From the NCBI RefSeq assembly GCF_003334355.1, contig NZ_QOWP01000014.1: DNA of 64,000 bases; one strand, written 5' to 3'. The number at the start of each line of letters is the position of its first letter. The first letter of the stretch is position 1. The notes beneath the pieces are model-generated. The model did not search any database. It saw only the letters and a program-made list of their open reading frames with translations, and had not been told where the DNA came from. Position numbers and translations under genes: made by a program. The DNA comes from Escherichia coli. Its GTDB lineage: Bacteria > Pseudomonadota > Gammaproteobacteria > Enterobacterales > Enterobacteriaceae. Positions 15,226 to 28,582 of this stretch are shown in pieces.

Positions 15226-16293
15226 TTACGCCCGGGCAACCCGGCTCACTTCATTTGCCACTCGCTCGGTGGCATCCGGAATGGATGCAGCGCGGGCGCG
15301 TTCTGCCATGGTTAATAAGGTTTCTCGCGACCACCCGGCCAGGGTGTTGGCGACAGCATCCACGCTAAGCTGTGGCTGCTCGATAATTTTGGCTGCGCCC
15401 GCTTTTTCCAGCGGTAGCGCATTCCAGTATTGCTGGCGGTCTTTATGTTGAAACGGCACAAACAACGCCGGTAGTCCTGCCGCGGCGATTTCACTCACCG
15501 TTAACGCACCGGAGCGGCAAACGACGACATCCGCCCACGCATACGCCGCCGCCATATCATCAATAAATTCCGTCACTTTATGCTGCGGTTGCCCCGCTTC
15601 GGCATACGCCTGTTCAACGGATTGTTGCGAACCTTTGCCGCTCTGATGCCAGATAGTGACTGAATCACCCAGTTTCGCAGCAACCTGCGGCATTGTCTGG
15701 TTAAGAATGCGTGCGCCCTGAGAACCACCCACTACCAGCACACGAACCGGACCTTCACGTCCAGCCAAACGTTGCTGCGGCAACGGCAGCGCCAACACAT
15801 CGGTACGCACCGGGTTACCCACTACTTCCGCATTAGGGAAAGCACCTGGAAACGCCTGCATCACTTTGGTGGCAATCTTCGCCAGCCATTTATTGGTTAA
15901 GCCCGCAATACCGTTTTGTTCATGAAGTACAACCGGAATGCCTAACGACCACGCGGCCAGACCACCTGGACCTGACACGTAGCCTCCCATACCGAGCACC
16001 ACGTCAGGTTTGTACGCTTTCATAATCGCCCGCGCCTGACGCCAGGCGTTGAAGATACGCAGCGGGGCAGCTATCAGTGCTTTTATACCTTTTCCACGCA
16101 GACCAGAGATACGAATGAAATCAATTTCGATGCCATGTTTTGGCACTAAGTCCGCTTCCATACGGTCGGCAGTCCCCAGCCAGCGAACTTGCCAACCCTG
16201 AGCCATTAGATGGTGCGCAACCGCCAGTCCCGGGAATACATGTCCACCGGTTCCGCCTGCCATCACCATTAATCGCTTTCCTTGACCACTCAT
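15226..16293 (-). CDS. murG: UDP-GlcNAc:lipid I N-acetylglucosaminyltransferase MurG
   Basis: 355-aa ORF; GT28 family. Confidence 0.97.
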
Positions 16294-17534
16294 CGTGAAC
16301 CTCGTACAAACGCCTGCGCTTTCTCCAGACGCGTTTCATAATCAATACGCAACAGCATCATGATGGCTGTCGACATAATCAGTAAGCTCGAACCACCGTA
16401 ACTGATCAGCGGCAATGTCAGACCTTTGGTCGGTAACATCCCCGCCGCCGCGCCTACGTTAACCAGCGCCTGGAAGCTAAACCAGATGCCAATAGAACAG
16501 GCGAGAAAACCGGAAAAACGGTGGTCAATTTCTAATGCTTTACGGCCAATCGACATCGCGCGAAAAGCGACGAAGAATACCATTAAAAGTGCCAGCACCA
16601 CACCGACATACCCCAGTTCTTCGCCGATAATGGCGAAAATAAAGTCAGTGTGCGCTTCCGGCAGATACTCCAGTTTTTGTACCGAGTTACCTAAACCTTG
16701 CCCCCAAAGTTCGCCGCGACCAAACGCCATCAGCGATTGCGTTAACTGATAGCCGCTGCCAAAGGGATCTTCCCACGGGTTCCAGAATGCGGTAACACGG
16801 CGGATACGGTACGGTTCGGCGAGTATCAGCAACACAACCGCTGAAATGCCCATACCGATAATGGCAATGAACTGCCACAATTTCGCTCCCGCCAGGAACA
16901 ACATCGCCAGCGTAGTCACAAACAACACCACCACCGTACCAAGGTCTGGCTGTGCCAGCAGTAACACTGCCAACACCAGAATCACGCCCATCGGTTTCAG
17001 GAAGCCGCGCAGGTTATTACGTACTTCGTCGCCTTTACGCACCAGATAGTTGGCGATATAGCAAAACAGCGACAGTTTTGTCAGCTCCGCAGGCTGGATA
17101 CGCAGCAAACCGAGATCGATCCAACGCGATGCCCCTTTAACCGAGCTACCCACTACCAGGACGATCATCAGCAGGATGATAGATCCGAGCAGCATCGTGG
17201 CACTGTAGCGTTGCCAGAACTCCATCGGCAGACGCAGCGTAATGATCGCCAGAATAAACGCCAAAATCAGATAGACACCATCACGCTTCGCGAAGAAGAA
17301 CGGATCGTTGGTTAAGCGTTGCCCTATGGGCATTGACGCCGAGGTCACCATGATAAAGCCAATCGCCGCGAGGCCGAAGGTCAGCCACAGTAAGGTGCGA
17401 TCGTACATGATCAGGCTGTCGGTATCTTTTTCCCGCGAGCCCATCACCCAGCCCTTTAGCGCCGTGGAGATCCAGACCAGGATACTGAATCCTGGCAGGC
17501 GCGGCATTTTCAGGCGAGGGAGAGATAAACGCAT
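16290..17534 (-). CDS. ftsW: Peptidoglycan glycosyltransferase FtsW (SEDS family)
   Basis: 414 aa from second Met (ORF track gives 415 aa from 17537); polytopic membrane protein; overlaps murG stop and murD stop. Confidence 0.93.
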
Positions 17535-18850
17535 CAACCTAACTCCTTCGCCAGACGGGCAAACTCATTGCCTCGTTGTTCAAAGTTCTTGAACTGATCA
17601 AGGCTGGCACAGGCTGGGGAGAGCAGAACCATATCGCCCGGCTGAACACGCGGAGCCAGCAAGCGCATCGCCTGTTCCATAGTTTCGGTTTGTTCTGCCA
17701 CTTCCGGGCGTAGCGCCGCCAGCTGCGCGCCGTCACGACCGAAACAATACAGACGTACGTTATCGCCATTCAGGTAACGCGCCAGTGGGCTAAAGTCCGC
17801 CGATTTACCATCGCCACCCAGCAACAAATGCAGTGTGCCGTCTACGTGCAGGCCATTCAGCGCCGCTTCCGTACTGCCGACGTTGGTCGCTTTCGAATCG
17901 TTAATCCAACGTACGCCGTTATGCTCCAGCACAACTTCAAAGCGATGCGGCAGACCAGTGAATGTGGTTAACGCTTTCAGGCTGCTGGCACGCGGTAACC
18001 CTGCAGCATCTGCCAGCGCCAGCGCCGCCAGCGCATTGGTGTAGTTATGCTGCCCGGAAAGTTTCATCTCTTTCACATTCAGCACTTTCTCGCCTTTAAC
18101 CCGCAGCCAGGTTTCGCCCTGCTGATGATTCAGGTGATAGTCACCCATGTTGACGCCAAAGCTGACGCAGCGTTCATCCGCACCGCGAATCGGCATTGTT
18201 AAGGCATCATCAGCATTAACCACGCAAACTTTCGCGTTTTCGTAAATGCGCAGTTTTGCTGCACGATACTGTTGTAAACCAAACGGATAGCGATCCATAT
18301 GATCTTCAGTCACGTTCAGAATGGTCGCTGCTACCGCCTGTAAGCTGGAGGTGGTTTCCAGCTGGAAGCTCGACAGTTCCAGCACGTACAGTTCACACTC
18401 ATCATCCAGTAGCATCAACGCAGGCAGGCCAATATTGCCACCCACACCAACGTTAACCCCCGCCGCTTTCGCCATTTCACCCACTAGCGTGGTGACCGTG
18501 CTTTTGCCGTTAGAACCGGTAATCGCCACAATCGGTGCTTGTGCTTCGCGACAGAACAGCTCGATATCGCCAACGATTTCGATTCCGGCATCAGCGGCAG
18601 CGCTTAAGGATGGATGCGCCAGTGCAATACCGGGACTGGCGACAATCAGATCTGCCGCCATCAGCCATTCATCATTCAGACTGCCCGTGTGGCGTTCTAC
18701 GGCTTCGGGTAATTTATCCAGGCCTGGCGGTGTCATACGCGTATCCATAACGCGCGGCGTCACACCGCGAGCGAGGAAAAAGTCCACGCAGGAAAGCCCG
18801 GTGAGGCCCAGGCCGATAATGACGACATTTTTACCCTGATAATCAGCCAT
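17534..18850 (-). CDS. murD: UDP-N-acetylmuramoyl-L-alanine--D-glutamate ligase
   Basis: 438-aa ORF; Mur ligase motif GSNGKSTV. Confidence 0.97.
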
Positions 18851-18852
18851 GA

Positions 18853-19935
18853 TTAACGTACCTTCAGCGTTGCCAGACCAATCAGAACCAGCATCAGCGA
18901 AATAATCCAGAAACGCACAATGACGCGCGGTTCCGGCCAGCCTTTCAGTTCATAGTGGTGATGAATCGGTGCCATGCGGAAAATACGTTGTCCGCGCAGT
19001 TTAAAGGAGCCGACCTGCAGGATGACAGAAAGTGTTTCTACCACGAACACGCCCCCCATAATCACCAGCAGGAATTCCTGACGTAGCAGTACGGCGATAA
19101 TGCCTAACGCACCACCTAACGCCAGCGAACCTACATCGCCCATAAAGACCTGCGCCGGATAGGTGTTAAACCACAGGAAGCCCAGTCCTGCCCCGACTAT
19201 CGCGGTACAGACAATAACCAGTTCCCCGGCGTGTCGCAGATACGGTATATGCAAGTAGCTGGCAAAGTTCATATTGCCGGTCGCCCACGCCACCAGCGCA
19301 AAACCACCGGCGACAAATACGGTCGGCATAATTGCCAGGCCGTCGAGACCATCGGTCAGGTTTACCGCGTTGCCAGTACCCACAATGACGAAGTAAGCCA
19401 GCAGAATGTAGAACAGCCCCAGCTGCGGCATCACATCTTTAAAGAATGGGACCACCAGCTGCGTTGCGGGCGTGTCTTTGCCGGCAAGGTACAGGGCGAA
19501 GGCGACACCCAGCGCAATGACCGACATCCAGAAATACTTCCAACGAGCGATCAACCCTTTGGTGTCTTTACGCACCACTTTGCGATAATCATCAACAAAG
19601 CCAATAACACCGTAACCTACCAGCACCACCAACACGCACCAGACGTACGGATTGGACGGGTAAGCCCACAGCAGTACGGAGATCACAATCGCCGTCAGGA
19701 TCATAATCCCGCCCATGGTCGGCGTACCGCGCTTGCTGAAGTGTGATTCAGGACCGTCGTTACGCACCACCTGACCAAAGGAAAGTTTTTGCAAATGAGC
19801 AATCATACGCGGGCCCATCCACAATGAGATGAACAGCGCGGTCAGCAGGCTGACGATGGCGCGAAACGTCAGATAGGAAAAGACGTTAAAGCCGGAATAA
19901 TATTTGACCAAATGTTCGGCCAGCCAAACTAACAT
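18853..19935 (-). CDS. mraY: Phospho-N-acetylmuramoyl-pentapeptide transferase
   Basis: 360-aa ORF; polytopic membrane protein. Confidence 0.97.
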
Positions 19936-21287
19936 GTCCCATTCTCCTGTAAAGCGCGTACTACCTCTTCCATGGCGGCACTACGTGAACCCTTAACTAA
20001 AATCGTAATTACCTGTTGCTCAGCAATCAGTGATTTAAGACGCGTAATTAACGCAGTTTTATCAGCAAAATGTTCGCCAACGCCGCTGGCGGTGCTGATA
20101 GCATGGCTTTGTTTACCCACGCTTAACACGCGGTCAATACCAGCAGCTTTTGCCGCCTCGCCCACCTGTACATGGCAGGCTTCGCTTTCAGCGCCCAGTT
20201 CCGCCATATCGCCCACCACCAGCACGCGGTAGCCCGGCATTTCAGCCAGTACCTGGACTGCTGCAGTCATTGAACCGACATTGGCGTTGTAGGAGTCGTC
20301 GAGCAGCAACTGGTTTTCTGCCAGTTGGATGGGGAACAGACGGCCTGGAACAGCTTTCAGATTTGCCAGCCCCGCTTTGATAGCATCAAGCGTTGCGCCC
20401 ACGGACATGGAGAGCGCAGCGGCTGCCAGCGCATTCGCAATATTGTGACGCCCCGGCAACGGCAGCAGAACATCGACGCTACCGGTTGGGGTTTGTAGGG
20501 TAAATTCCGTACCGTGCGAGGTCACATGGATATTGGTGGCGGTGAAATCGCTGTTGGCGGCATTGGGTGAGAAACGCCACACTTTGCGTGAGCCAATTAC
20601 GCTCTGCCAGTTCAGCCAGTCGTTGTTGTCGGCGTTCATAATGGCGATACCGTTTTCCGGCAGGCCGCTAAAGATTTCACCTTTCGCTTTCGCGACACCC
20701 GCAAGCGAGCCAAAACCTTCCAGATGCGCCGCTGCCAGGTTGTTGACCAGCGCAGCTTCCGGGCGAGTCAGACTCACAGTCCAGGCTATTTCGCCCTGAT
20801 GGTTCGCGCCAAGTTCAATAACTGCGTAATCGTATTCCGGCGTTAAGCGCAACAGCGTCATCGGTACACCGATGTCGTTGTTGAGATTGCCTGCCGTATA
20901 AAGCGTGTTGCCGCACTGGCTTAAAATCGCCGCCGTCATCTCTTTAACGGAGGTTTTGCCGGAGGACCCCGTCAGAGCAACCACGCGCGCCGGAACTTGC
21001 TGGCGAACCCATGCAGCCAGTTCACCAAACGCCAGACGCGTATCCTTGACGATTAACTGCGGCAGGTCGATGTCCAGCGGACGGCTAACCAGTAGTGCGC
21101 CTGCGCCGCCAGCTTTCGCCTGGTCGGCAAAATCGTGGGCATCAAAACGTTCGCCTTTCAGGGCAACAAACAGGCAGCCCGGCGTCAGTTTTCGGGTATC
21201 AGTGGTTACAGCATCAAGGGTGATATCTGCACCTTGCAGTTCACCGTTGAGAATGTCGGTAAGTTGGCTAAGGGTTACGCTAATCAT
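19929..21287 (-). CDS. murF: UDP-MurNAc-tripeptide--D-alanyl-D-alanine ligase
   Basis: 452-aa ORF; Mur ligase motif GSSGKTS. Confidence 0.97.
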
Positions 21288-22771
21288 GCAATCACCCCCA
21301 GCAGACGCGCCACCGTGACGCGATCGGAGTAGTCCAGACGCTGATTGCCAACAATCTGGTAATCTTCATGGCCTTTGCCCGCGACCAGTACCACATCATT
21401 CTCTTTAGCCTGCATAACGGCGCAAGTCACCGCTTCAGCACGGCCTTCCATCACTTTGGCATGTCCGGCATCTAACATTCCCGCCAGAATATCGTTGATG
21501 ATGGCACGCGGTTCTTCGGTACGCGGGTTATCGTCCGTCACCACCGCCACGTCAGCAAACTCTTCGGCAATTGCGCCCATCAGTGGACGCTTACCTTTAT
21601 CGCGATCGCCACCACAGCCAAAGACACACCACAGCTTGCCCGCACAGTGCAGACGCGCCGCCTGTAAGGCTTTTTCCAGTGCATCCGGCGTATGCGCGTA
21701 ATCCACCACCACCGTCGGTTTGCCTGGCGCAGTGAACACTTCCATACGTCCGCAAACCGGTTGCAGACGCGCGGCGGTTTTCAGCAGATCAGCCAGTGGA
21801 TAGCCGAGTGCCAACAGTGTCGCCAGCGCGAGCAGCAGGTTGCTGACGTTAAAAGCGCCCATCAGATGGCTTTCAATTTCGCCATCGCCCCAACTTGAGC
21901 TAAAGCGAATCGTCGCACCGCTGTCGTGATAGTTCACTTCGGTCGCTTTCAACCAGCGTCCGTGACAGTTCGGATTAATATGATCTTCCATTGATACCGC
22001 AACCGCGTCCGGCAGTTTTGCCAGCCAGCGGCGGCCCACTTCATCGTCGGCGTTAATAATCGCCTGACCGCAATGATGCTCAGAATAAAGCAGCCATTTC
22101 GCGGCTTCGTAGTGTTCCATATCACCATGATAATCAAGGTGATCGCGGCTTAAGTTGGTAAAGACCGACGCCGCAAATTTCAATGCCGCCACACGGTGCT
22201 GTACCAGCCCGTGGGAGGAAACTTCCATTGCGCAAAACGTCGCGCCCTGATCCACCAGCCCCGCCAGCTCATGCTGAACATCGACTGCCGAACCGGTTGT
22301 ATTTTCTGTCGGGATCACTTTCCCCAGCAGGCCGTTACCAACGGTGCCCATTACCGCGCTGGTTTCGCCAAGCAGTTGGCTCCACTGCGCCAACAGCTGG
22401 GTAGTCGTGGTTTTGCCGTTGGTGCCCGTTACGCCCACGAGACGTAAATTGTCAGAGGGTTCATGGTAAAAGCGGCCCGCCAGTGCAGATAAACGCTCGT
22501 TGAGCTGGCTGAGATAGATGACCGGTACGCCGTGCATTTCACGGATTTCACCATCGGTCGCCTCATCTTTCGCCTCTGCAATAATGGCAGCCACACCTTG
22601 CGCTATCGCCTGCGGGATATATCGACGCCCGTCCGCCTGATGACCTACTACAGCTACAAAGAGATCGCCCGCCGCAGCCACACGGCTGTCGAGTGTCATC
22701 TCTCGCAGTGCTCGCGAAGGTGCGTCTGGCACCCACGGAGCAAGAAGGTCGCGCAAATTACGATCTGCCAC
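21284..22771 (-). CDS. murE: UDP-MurNAc-L-Ala-D-Glu--meso-diaminopimelate ligase
   Basis: 495-aa ORF; Mur ligase motif GTNGKTTT. Confidence 0.97.
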
Positions 22772-24524
22772 CTGTCCCCTCGCCTTGATTAATCACAAAT
22801 TCATTTTTATCGCCCGTTGTCAGCGCATCCGGCTCGATGTTCATGGTACGCAATACGCCGCCCATGATGGCACCAAAGACCGGCGCGGAAACGGCGCCGC
22901 CGTAGTATTTACCCGCCTGCGGATCGTTGATAACAACAACCAGCGCGAAGCGCGGCTGACTCGCAGGCGCAACGCCTGCGGTATAAGCAATATATTTATT
23001 GATGTAGCGACCGTCCGGCCCGACCTTTTTCGCGGTACCGGTTTTAATGGCGATACGATAGCCTTTAATCGCCGCCTTCACGCCGCCGCCGCCTGGTAGC
23101 GCCACGCTTTCCATCATATGCACCACAGTGCGGACAATGGATTCCGGGAAGACACGTTCACCGGGAACCGGGGGGTCAACTTTGGTAATCGACAGTGGGC
23201 GATAAATGCCGTAGCTGCCGATAGTTGCGTAGACTCGCGCTAACTGTAACGGTGTTACCATTAGCCCGTAGCCGAAAGAGAAGGTGGCCCTCTCTATGTC
23301 AGACCACCGTTGTTTTTGAGGATATAAGCCACTGCGTTCTCCGACCAACCCCAAATTGGTCGCTTTTCCCAGTCCAAAACGTGAGTAAGTATCTACTAAC
23401 GCTGAGGACGGCATCGCTAACGCCAGCTTGGAAACACCGACGTTACTCGACTTCTGTAATACCCCGGTCAGGGTTAATTCGCTGTAGCGTGCCACGTCTT
23501 TGATTTCGTGGCCGTTAATTCGATAAGGAATGGTATTGAGTACCGAGTTTTCCCGCACCACGCCACGTTGCAACGCGGTCATTACCACCATCGGTTTAAC
23601 CGTTGAGCCCGGTTCAAACACGTCGGTGATGGTACGGTTACGCATCGCCTCTTTCGGCGTGCCGCTCAGATTGTTAGGGTTGTATGACGGGCTGTTAGCC
23701 ATCGCCAGCACTTCACCGGTGTTGACATCCACCAGCACGGCGCTACCAGATTCAGCCTTGTTAAAGGCCACCGCGTTGTTCAGTTCGCGATAAACCAGCG
23801 CCTGCAGGCGTTCATCAATACTCAGCGCCAGGTTGTGCGCTGCCTGGCTGTCAGTAGAAGAAATATCTTCAATTACGCGACCATAGCGGTCTTTACGCAC
23901 AATGCGCTCACCCGGCTGCCCGGTAAGCCATTTATCGAAACTCTTCTCAACGCCCTCAATCCCTTGACTATCGACGTTAGTAAAGCCGATGAGGTGAGCA
24001 GTCACTTCGCCGGACGGATAGTAACGGCGAGACTCTTCACGCAGATGAATCCCCGGCAGTTTCAGTTTTTTGATGTAGTCCGCCATGTCAGGGTTCACCT
24101 GACGCGCCAGATAAATAAAGCGCCCTTTCGGGTTGGCGTTAATGCGGGCTGAAAGCTGATCCAGCGGAATATTGAGCGCGTTAGCCAGCGCCTTCCAGCG
24201 GTCACCGACGCTGATACCGCCAGCGTCATGCACTTCTTTCGGGTCAGCCCAAATCGCTTTTACCGGCACGCTCACCGCTAACGGGCGACCAGAACGGTCA
24301 GTAATCATGCCGCGGGAGGTGGAAACTTGCTGAACGCGAAGAGAACGCATGTCGCCCTCTTTCACCAGCATATCCGGGGAGATAACTTGTAACCACGCTA
24401 CGCGTCCGAGCAGAAAAGCCAGCGCCAGGAGAATACAGCCGCATAACAACGCAAAACGCCAACTGATAAAGTTGGCATGTTCTTCCTGACGTTTTGGTTT
24501 CTGCGTTTTCGCCGCTGCTTTCAT
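22758..24524 (-). CDS. ftsI: Peptidoglycan D,D-transpeptidase FtsI (PBP3)
   Basis: 588-aa ORF; penicillin-binding motifs STVK, SSN, KTG. Confidence 0.97.
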
Positions 24525-24539
24525 GCGTCGCGTTTATCC

Positions 24540-24905
24540 TTATTTTTGCACTACGATATTTTCTTGTGACGGATCAACATGCTGCATTTGCAGCTTTTCC
24601 GTGGCGATCCTTTCCACCCGGCTATGGTCGCCGAGCGCATTCTCTTCAAGGATCAGGTTGCGCCATTCAATGTCTAAAGCATCTCGCTCCAGCACCAGTT
24701 GTTCGCGCTGAGCGGTCAGTAAACGGGTATGGTGCGCCGTGGTTACCACAGTCACCGCCGTCAAAATAATGCAAATGAACAGGCAGAGTGGCAGCTTCCC
24801 AAATCGCAAAAGATCGTCACCGATAACACCAGGCAATGCATGGCGCTCGTGGCTTCCCATCGATCCTTTAACTTTGCTTAGAGCTTCTGTCACTCTGCTG
24901 ATCAT
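24540..24905 (-). CDS. ftsL: Cell division protein FtsL
   Basis: 121-aa ORF; small bitopic coiled-coil protein; between rsmH and ftsI. Confidence 0.94.
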
Positions 24906-25843
24906 GCATTCGTCCTCTCTGCAATACGCAGAACTGAACTACGGGCACGAGGGTTCTCAGCCACCTCTTCTTCGCCCGGCATTAACTTGCCTAGTGCTCG
25001 CAGCTGACGGCCACCCAGTTTTTTGAGCTGCTCTTCAGTCATCGGTAACCCTGCCGGAACTTGCGGACCGCGGCTGTTTTCACGCATAAAACGTTTCACA
25101 ATACGGTCTTCCAGCGAGTGGAAGCTGATGATCGAAAGCCGCCCACCCGGGGCCAGCACGTTGAGCGAGCTTTTTAGCGCCTGCTCTATCTCCTCCAGTT
25201 CACTGTTTACCCAAATGCGCACCGCCTGGAAGGTACGGGTCGCGGGATGTTTAAACTTATCTTTCACCGGCGTTGCAGCAGCCACGACTTCCGCCAGTTC
25301 TTTGGTGCGGGTCATCGGCTGTTCGCGGTTACGCTCGACAATGGCGCGGGCAATGCGTTTGGCAAAACGCTCTTCACCATAGGTTTTCAATACCCAGGCG
25401 ATATCGGCTTCTTCTGCGGTTTGTAGCCATTCAGCGGCTGACTGCCCACGGGTTGGGTCCATACGCATGTCCAGCGGACCATCGCGCATAAAGGAAAAGC
25501 CGCGCTCAGCATCATCAAGTTGCGGTGAAGAGACGCCAAGATCGAGGAGAATGCCGTCGATCTTGCCGATAAGATCGCGCTCGGCAACGTATTCGCCCAG
25601 CGCGGAAAAAGGTCCGTGGATGATGGAGAAGCGCGGATCATCAATAGTCTTCGCAACGGCGATAGCCTGCGGGTCGCGATCGATCGCCAGCAAACGCCCC
25701 TCTTCGCCAAGCTGCGAGAGGATCAGACGTGAGTGACCACCGCGACCAAAAGTCCCATCAATGTAGATGCCATCAGGACGGATATTGAGGCCATTAACGG
25801 CTTCATCCAACAGCACCGTAGTATGTTTATAGTTTTCCATCAT
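24902..25843 (-). CDS. rsmH: 16S rRNA m4C1402 methyltransferase RsmH (MraW)
   Basis: 313 aa from internal ATG ([12 protein letters not shown]...); the 356-aa track ORF is an upstream in-frame extension through mraZ 3' region; SAM-MTase motifs. Confidence 0.93.
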
Positions 25844-25844
25844 T

Positions 25845-26303
25845 TTATAGAGACAAGTCCTGCAGTCGCTCCGATAAGTCTCCGGTAGCCAACTGCTCTG
25901 CGTCGATATCTTCCTTGACCTGTTGATGCCAGGTTGTTTCATCCCACAGCTCAAACTTGTTGAACTGTCCAACCAGCATCACTTCTTTTGTCAGCCCGGC
26001 ATGTTGCCGCAGTACTGGCGCGATTAACAATCGACCTGCGCCATCCATCTGACATTCGCTGGCATGACCTAACAGTAGGCGCTGCACACGGCGCTCAACC
26101 GGGTTCATGCTCGACAGACGCGATAATTTTTGCTCGATAATTTCCCATTCAGGCAGGGGGTAAAGCAGCAGGCACGGGTGATAAATGTCAATGGTGCAAA
26201 CCATTTGACCGGCAGCGTTCTCAAGCAGCTGTTCCCGATAACGGGTAGGCACTGATAAGCGCCCTTTGCTGTCGAGATTGACTAACGTTGCTCCCCGGAA
26301 CAT
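25845..26303 (-). CDS. mraZ: Transcriptional regulator MraZ
   Basis: 152 aa from internal ATG ([19 protein letters not shown]...); first gene of dcw cluster. Confidence 0.94.
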
Positions 26304-26320
26304 GCCAGCCTCACCCCTTA

Positions 26321-26347
26321 TTCCCACTTTGCCCCACAATTTCCCAC
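26321..26347 (-). promoter_or_regulatory. Three direct repeats (GTGGGAA / GTGGGGC / GTGGGAA on the coding strand, 10-bp period) in mraZ 5' leader: MraZ operator repeats / Pmra region
   Basis: Top strand ttcccac-ttt-gccccac-aat-ttcccac at 26321-26347, 18 nt upstream of mraZ ATG; MraZ is known to bind direct TGGGN repeats in its own promoter region. Confidence 0.75.
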
Positions 26348-26858
26348 TGAAAGGAGTTTACGGAGCTGAGGAAAAGCTTGTCAAGCCAGTCACAAGGCAT
26401 ACCGAGGTAAAAAACCCGATGTTTACGGCTAATATCAGCGTTGTTTATTTTACGTCCAACGTGCGAAGCAAATTAACGTTATGAATAGCTGTAAGAAAAA
26501 ATCCCTCATCGTCATCACTGTTTTAAAATGACTCACTATTTTCCACAGCAAATATAAAGTGTCAGTTTGCGACGCGAGCGGCATTTTAGGACATATCTTC
26601 CCCGGTTAACAGTCCTTGTTACGTCTGTGTGGCGCTTGATGCCAGCGGGTTTGCGCAAAAGCAAAGAAAAGTGTTTGTTAAATCGGCAATTCATCGCCGC
26701 ATGTAACAAAATAATGCAAAAACGCGCTGTCGATATCACTTAATTATTGTGAATTTCAGCTGGTGAGTTAATTAACGGGCGGGTTTAAAAGCATTTATCA
26801 ATAATAGTCAGGAATAGTCTTATTTACTTTAAGCATATTGATGTCCAGTCCCGTACTC

Positions 26859-26895
26859 TACGCGCCAGAGGGAAATTCACCTGGCGCGTATTTTT
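26859..26895 (+). terminator. Terminator-like hairpin with T-tract oriented on the top strand, 10 nt from cra stop
   Basis: 10-bp stem tacgcgccag / ctggcgcgta with 12-nt loop followed by ttttt on the + strand; no U-tract in the cra (reverse) orientation. Confidence 0.4.
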
Positions 26896-26904
26896 GTTCG
26901 CGGC

Positions 26905-27909
26905 TTAGCTACGGCTGAGCACGCCGCGGCGATAGAGATTACGTTTAATGCGCGTTAAACCAGGTTTTGGCTTACGCGGTTCGTCCAGGCTTGCCAGGAC
27001 AATCTCCAGCACACGCTCTGCGACATCGCGGTGACGTTGAGCCACTGCCAGCACCGGACACTGTAAGAAGTCGAGCAGTTCGTTATCGCCAAAGGTGGCA
27101 ATTGCCAGGTCAGAAGGCAGTTTGCCGTCGCGACGCAGCGTGACATCCATCACTCCTTGCAACAACGCAAACGACGTTGTGAACAGCGCCTGCGGCATCG
27201 GATGCATTTCCAGCCATTTTTCGAATAACTGGGCAGCCGCCTCCCGCTCATAGCTGTTGGCATACAGGAAATGCACTTCGCGCGGATCATCTTTCCAGGC
27301 AGTACGGAAACCTTGTTCACGCAGGAAGCTGACAGAAAGCTCCGGTAGCGCACCAAGATAAAGCACCGTCTCGGCGGGAAACTTACGTAACTCTTCCGCC
27401 AGCATTTCGGCATCATCCTGATCGGCACCAACCACGCTGGTGAAGTGTTCACGATCGAGGGCGCGGTCCAGCGCGACAATCGGGAACGGGTCGTTAGCCC
27501 AGCGTTGATAAAAAGGATGCTCAGGAGGCAACGACGTCGAAACAATAATGGCATCAACCTGACGCTGTAAAAGGTGCTCAATGCACCGCATTTCGTTGTC
27601 TGGCTGATCTTCTGAGCAGGCAATCAGCAGTTGATAACCCCGTTGCCGCGCCTGGCGTTCAAGATAGTTAGCGATGCGGGTATAGCTGGTGTTCTCCAGA
27701 TCGGGGATCACAAGACCAATAGAACGTGTGCGTCCAGCACGAAGCCCAGCTGCCACGGCGTTCGGGTGGTAATTGTGCTCACGCACCACAGCCATGACTT
27801 TTTCAACGGTTTTGTCGCTCACACGGTATTGCTTCGCTTTGCCGTTAATAACATAGCTTGCAGTGGTCCGCGACACTCCCGCCAGCCGAGCGATTTCATC
27901 CAGTTTCAC
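26905..27909 (-). CDS. cra: Catabolite repressor/activator Cra (FruR), LacI family
   Basis: 334-aa ORF; N-terminal [24 protein letters not shown]; LacI/GalR periplasmic-binding-like core. Confidence 0.97.
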   Translation of the reverse strand: MKLDEIARLAGVSRTTASYVINGKAKQYRVSDKTVEKVMAVVREHNYHPNAVAAGLRAGRTRSIGLVIPDLENTSYTRIANYLERQARQRGYQLLIACSEDQPDNEMRCIEHLLQRQVDAIIVSTSLPPEHPFYQRWANDPFPIVALDRALDREHFTSVVGADQDDAEMLAEELRKFPAETVLYLGALPELSVSFLREQGFRTAWKDDPREVHFLYANSYEREAAAQLFEKWLEMHPMPQALFTTSFALLQGVMDVTLRRDGKLPSDLAIATFGDNELLDFLQCPVLAVAQRHRDVAERVLEIVLASLDEPRKPKPGLTRIKRNLYRRGVLSRS

Positions 27910-28088
27910 AATTGCCCCTTGCGTAAAATGTAAAAACCATAGCCATTGTACTGGTATGGGTTAAATTCATTAACATCTAAGCGCAGAAAATTAACTGCGG
28001 CAACTGCTTTTATTCCAGGTTCCCACTGATTTCGCAAAAAAAGCCCAACGTGACATGTTGGGCTGTAAATTGCGCATTGAGATCATTC

Positions 28089-28580
28089 TCAACGCATTAT
28101 TTTATCGCCGCGCGAAAGTCCGACCACACCAGAGCGAGCAACCTCCACAATTTTCGCCACATCGCGAATCGATGCTAAAAATGCATCAAGCTTACCGCTG
28201 GTGCCTGCTAATTGAACGGTATAAAGCGAGGGTGTGACATCGATAATTTGCCCACGGAATATTTCCGTATTACGTTTCACTTCGTCACGCCCGTAACCGC
28301 TGGCCTGAATTTTCACCAGCATGATTTCCCGCTCAACATGCGCGCCCTGCCCCAACTCACTCACGCGCAAGACATCGACCAGCTTGTGTAATTGCTTTTC
28401 GATCTGCTCAAGTACTTTTTCATCGCCCACGGTCTGGATGGTCATACGCGATAATGTCGGATCGTCGGTTGGCGCAACGGTCAGGCTTTCAATGTTGTAG
28501 CCACGCTGGGAAAAAAGGCCAATCACGCGGGATAACGCGCCTGATTCATTTTCGAGTAAGACTGATAATATCCGGCGCAT
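28089..28580 (-). CDS. ilvH: Acetolactate synthase III small (regulatory) subunit
   Basis: 163 aa from internal ATG ([19 protein letters not shown]...); ACT domain; follows ilvI with 2-nt gap. Confidence 0.94.
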
Positions 28581-28582
28581 AA

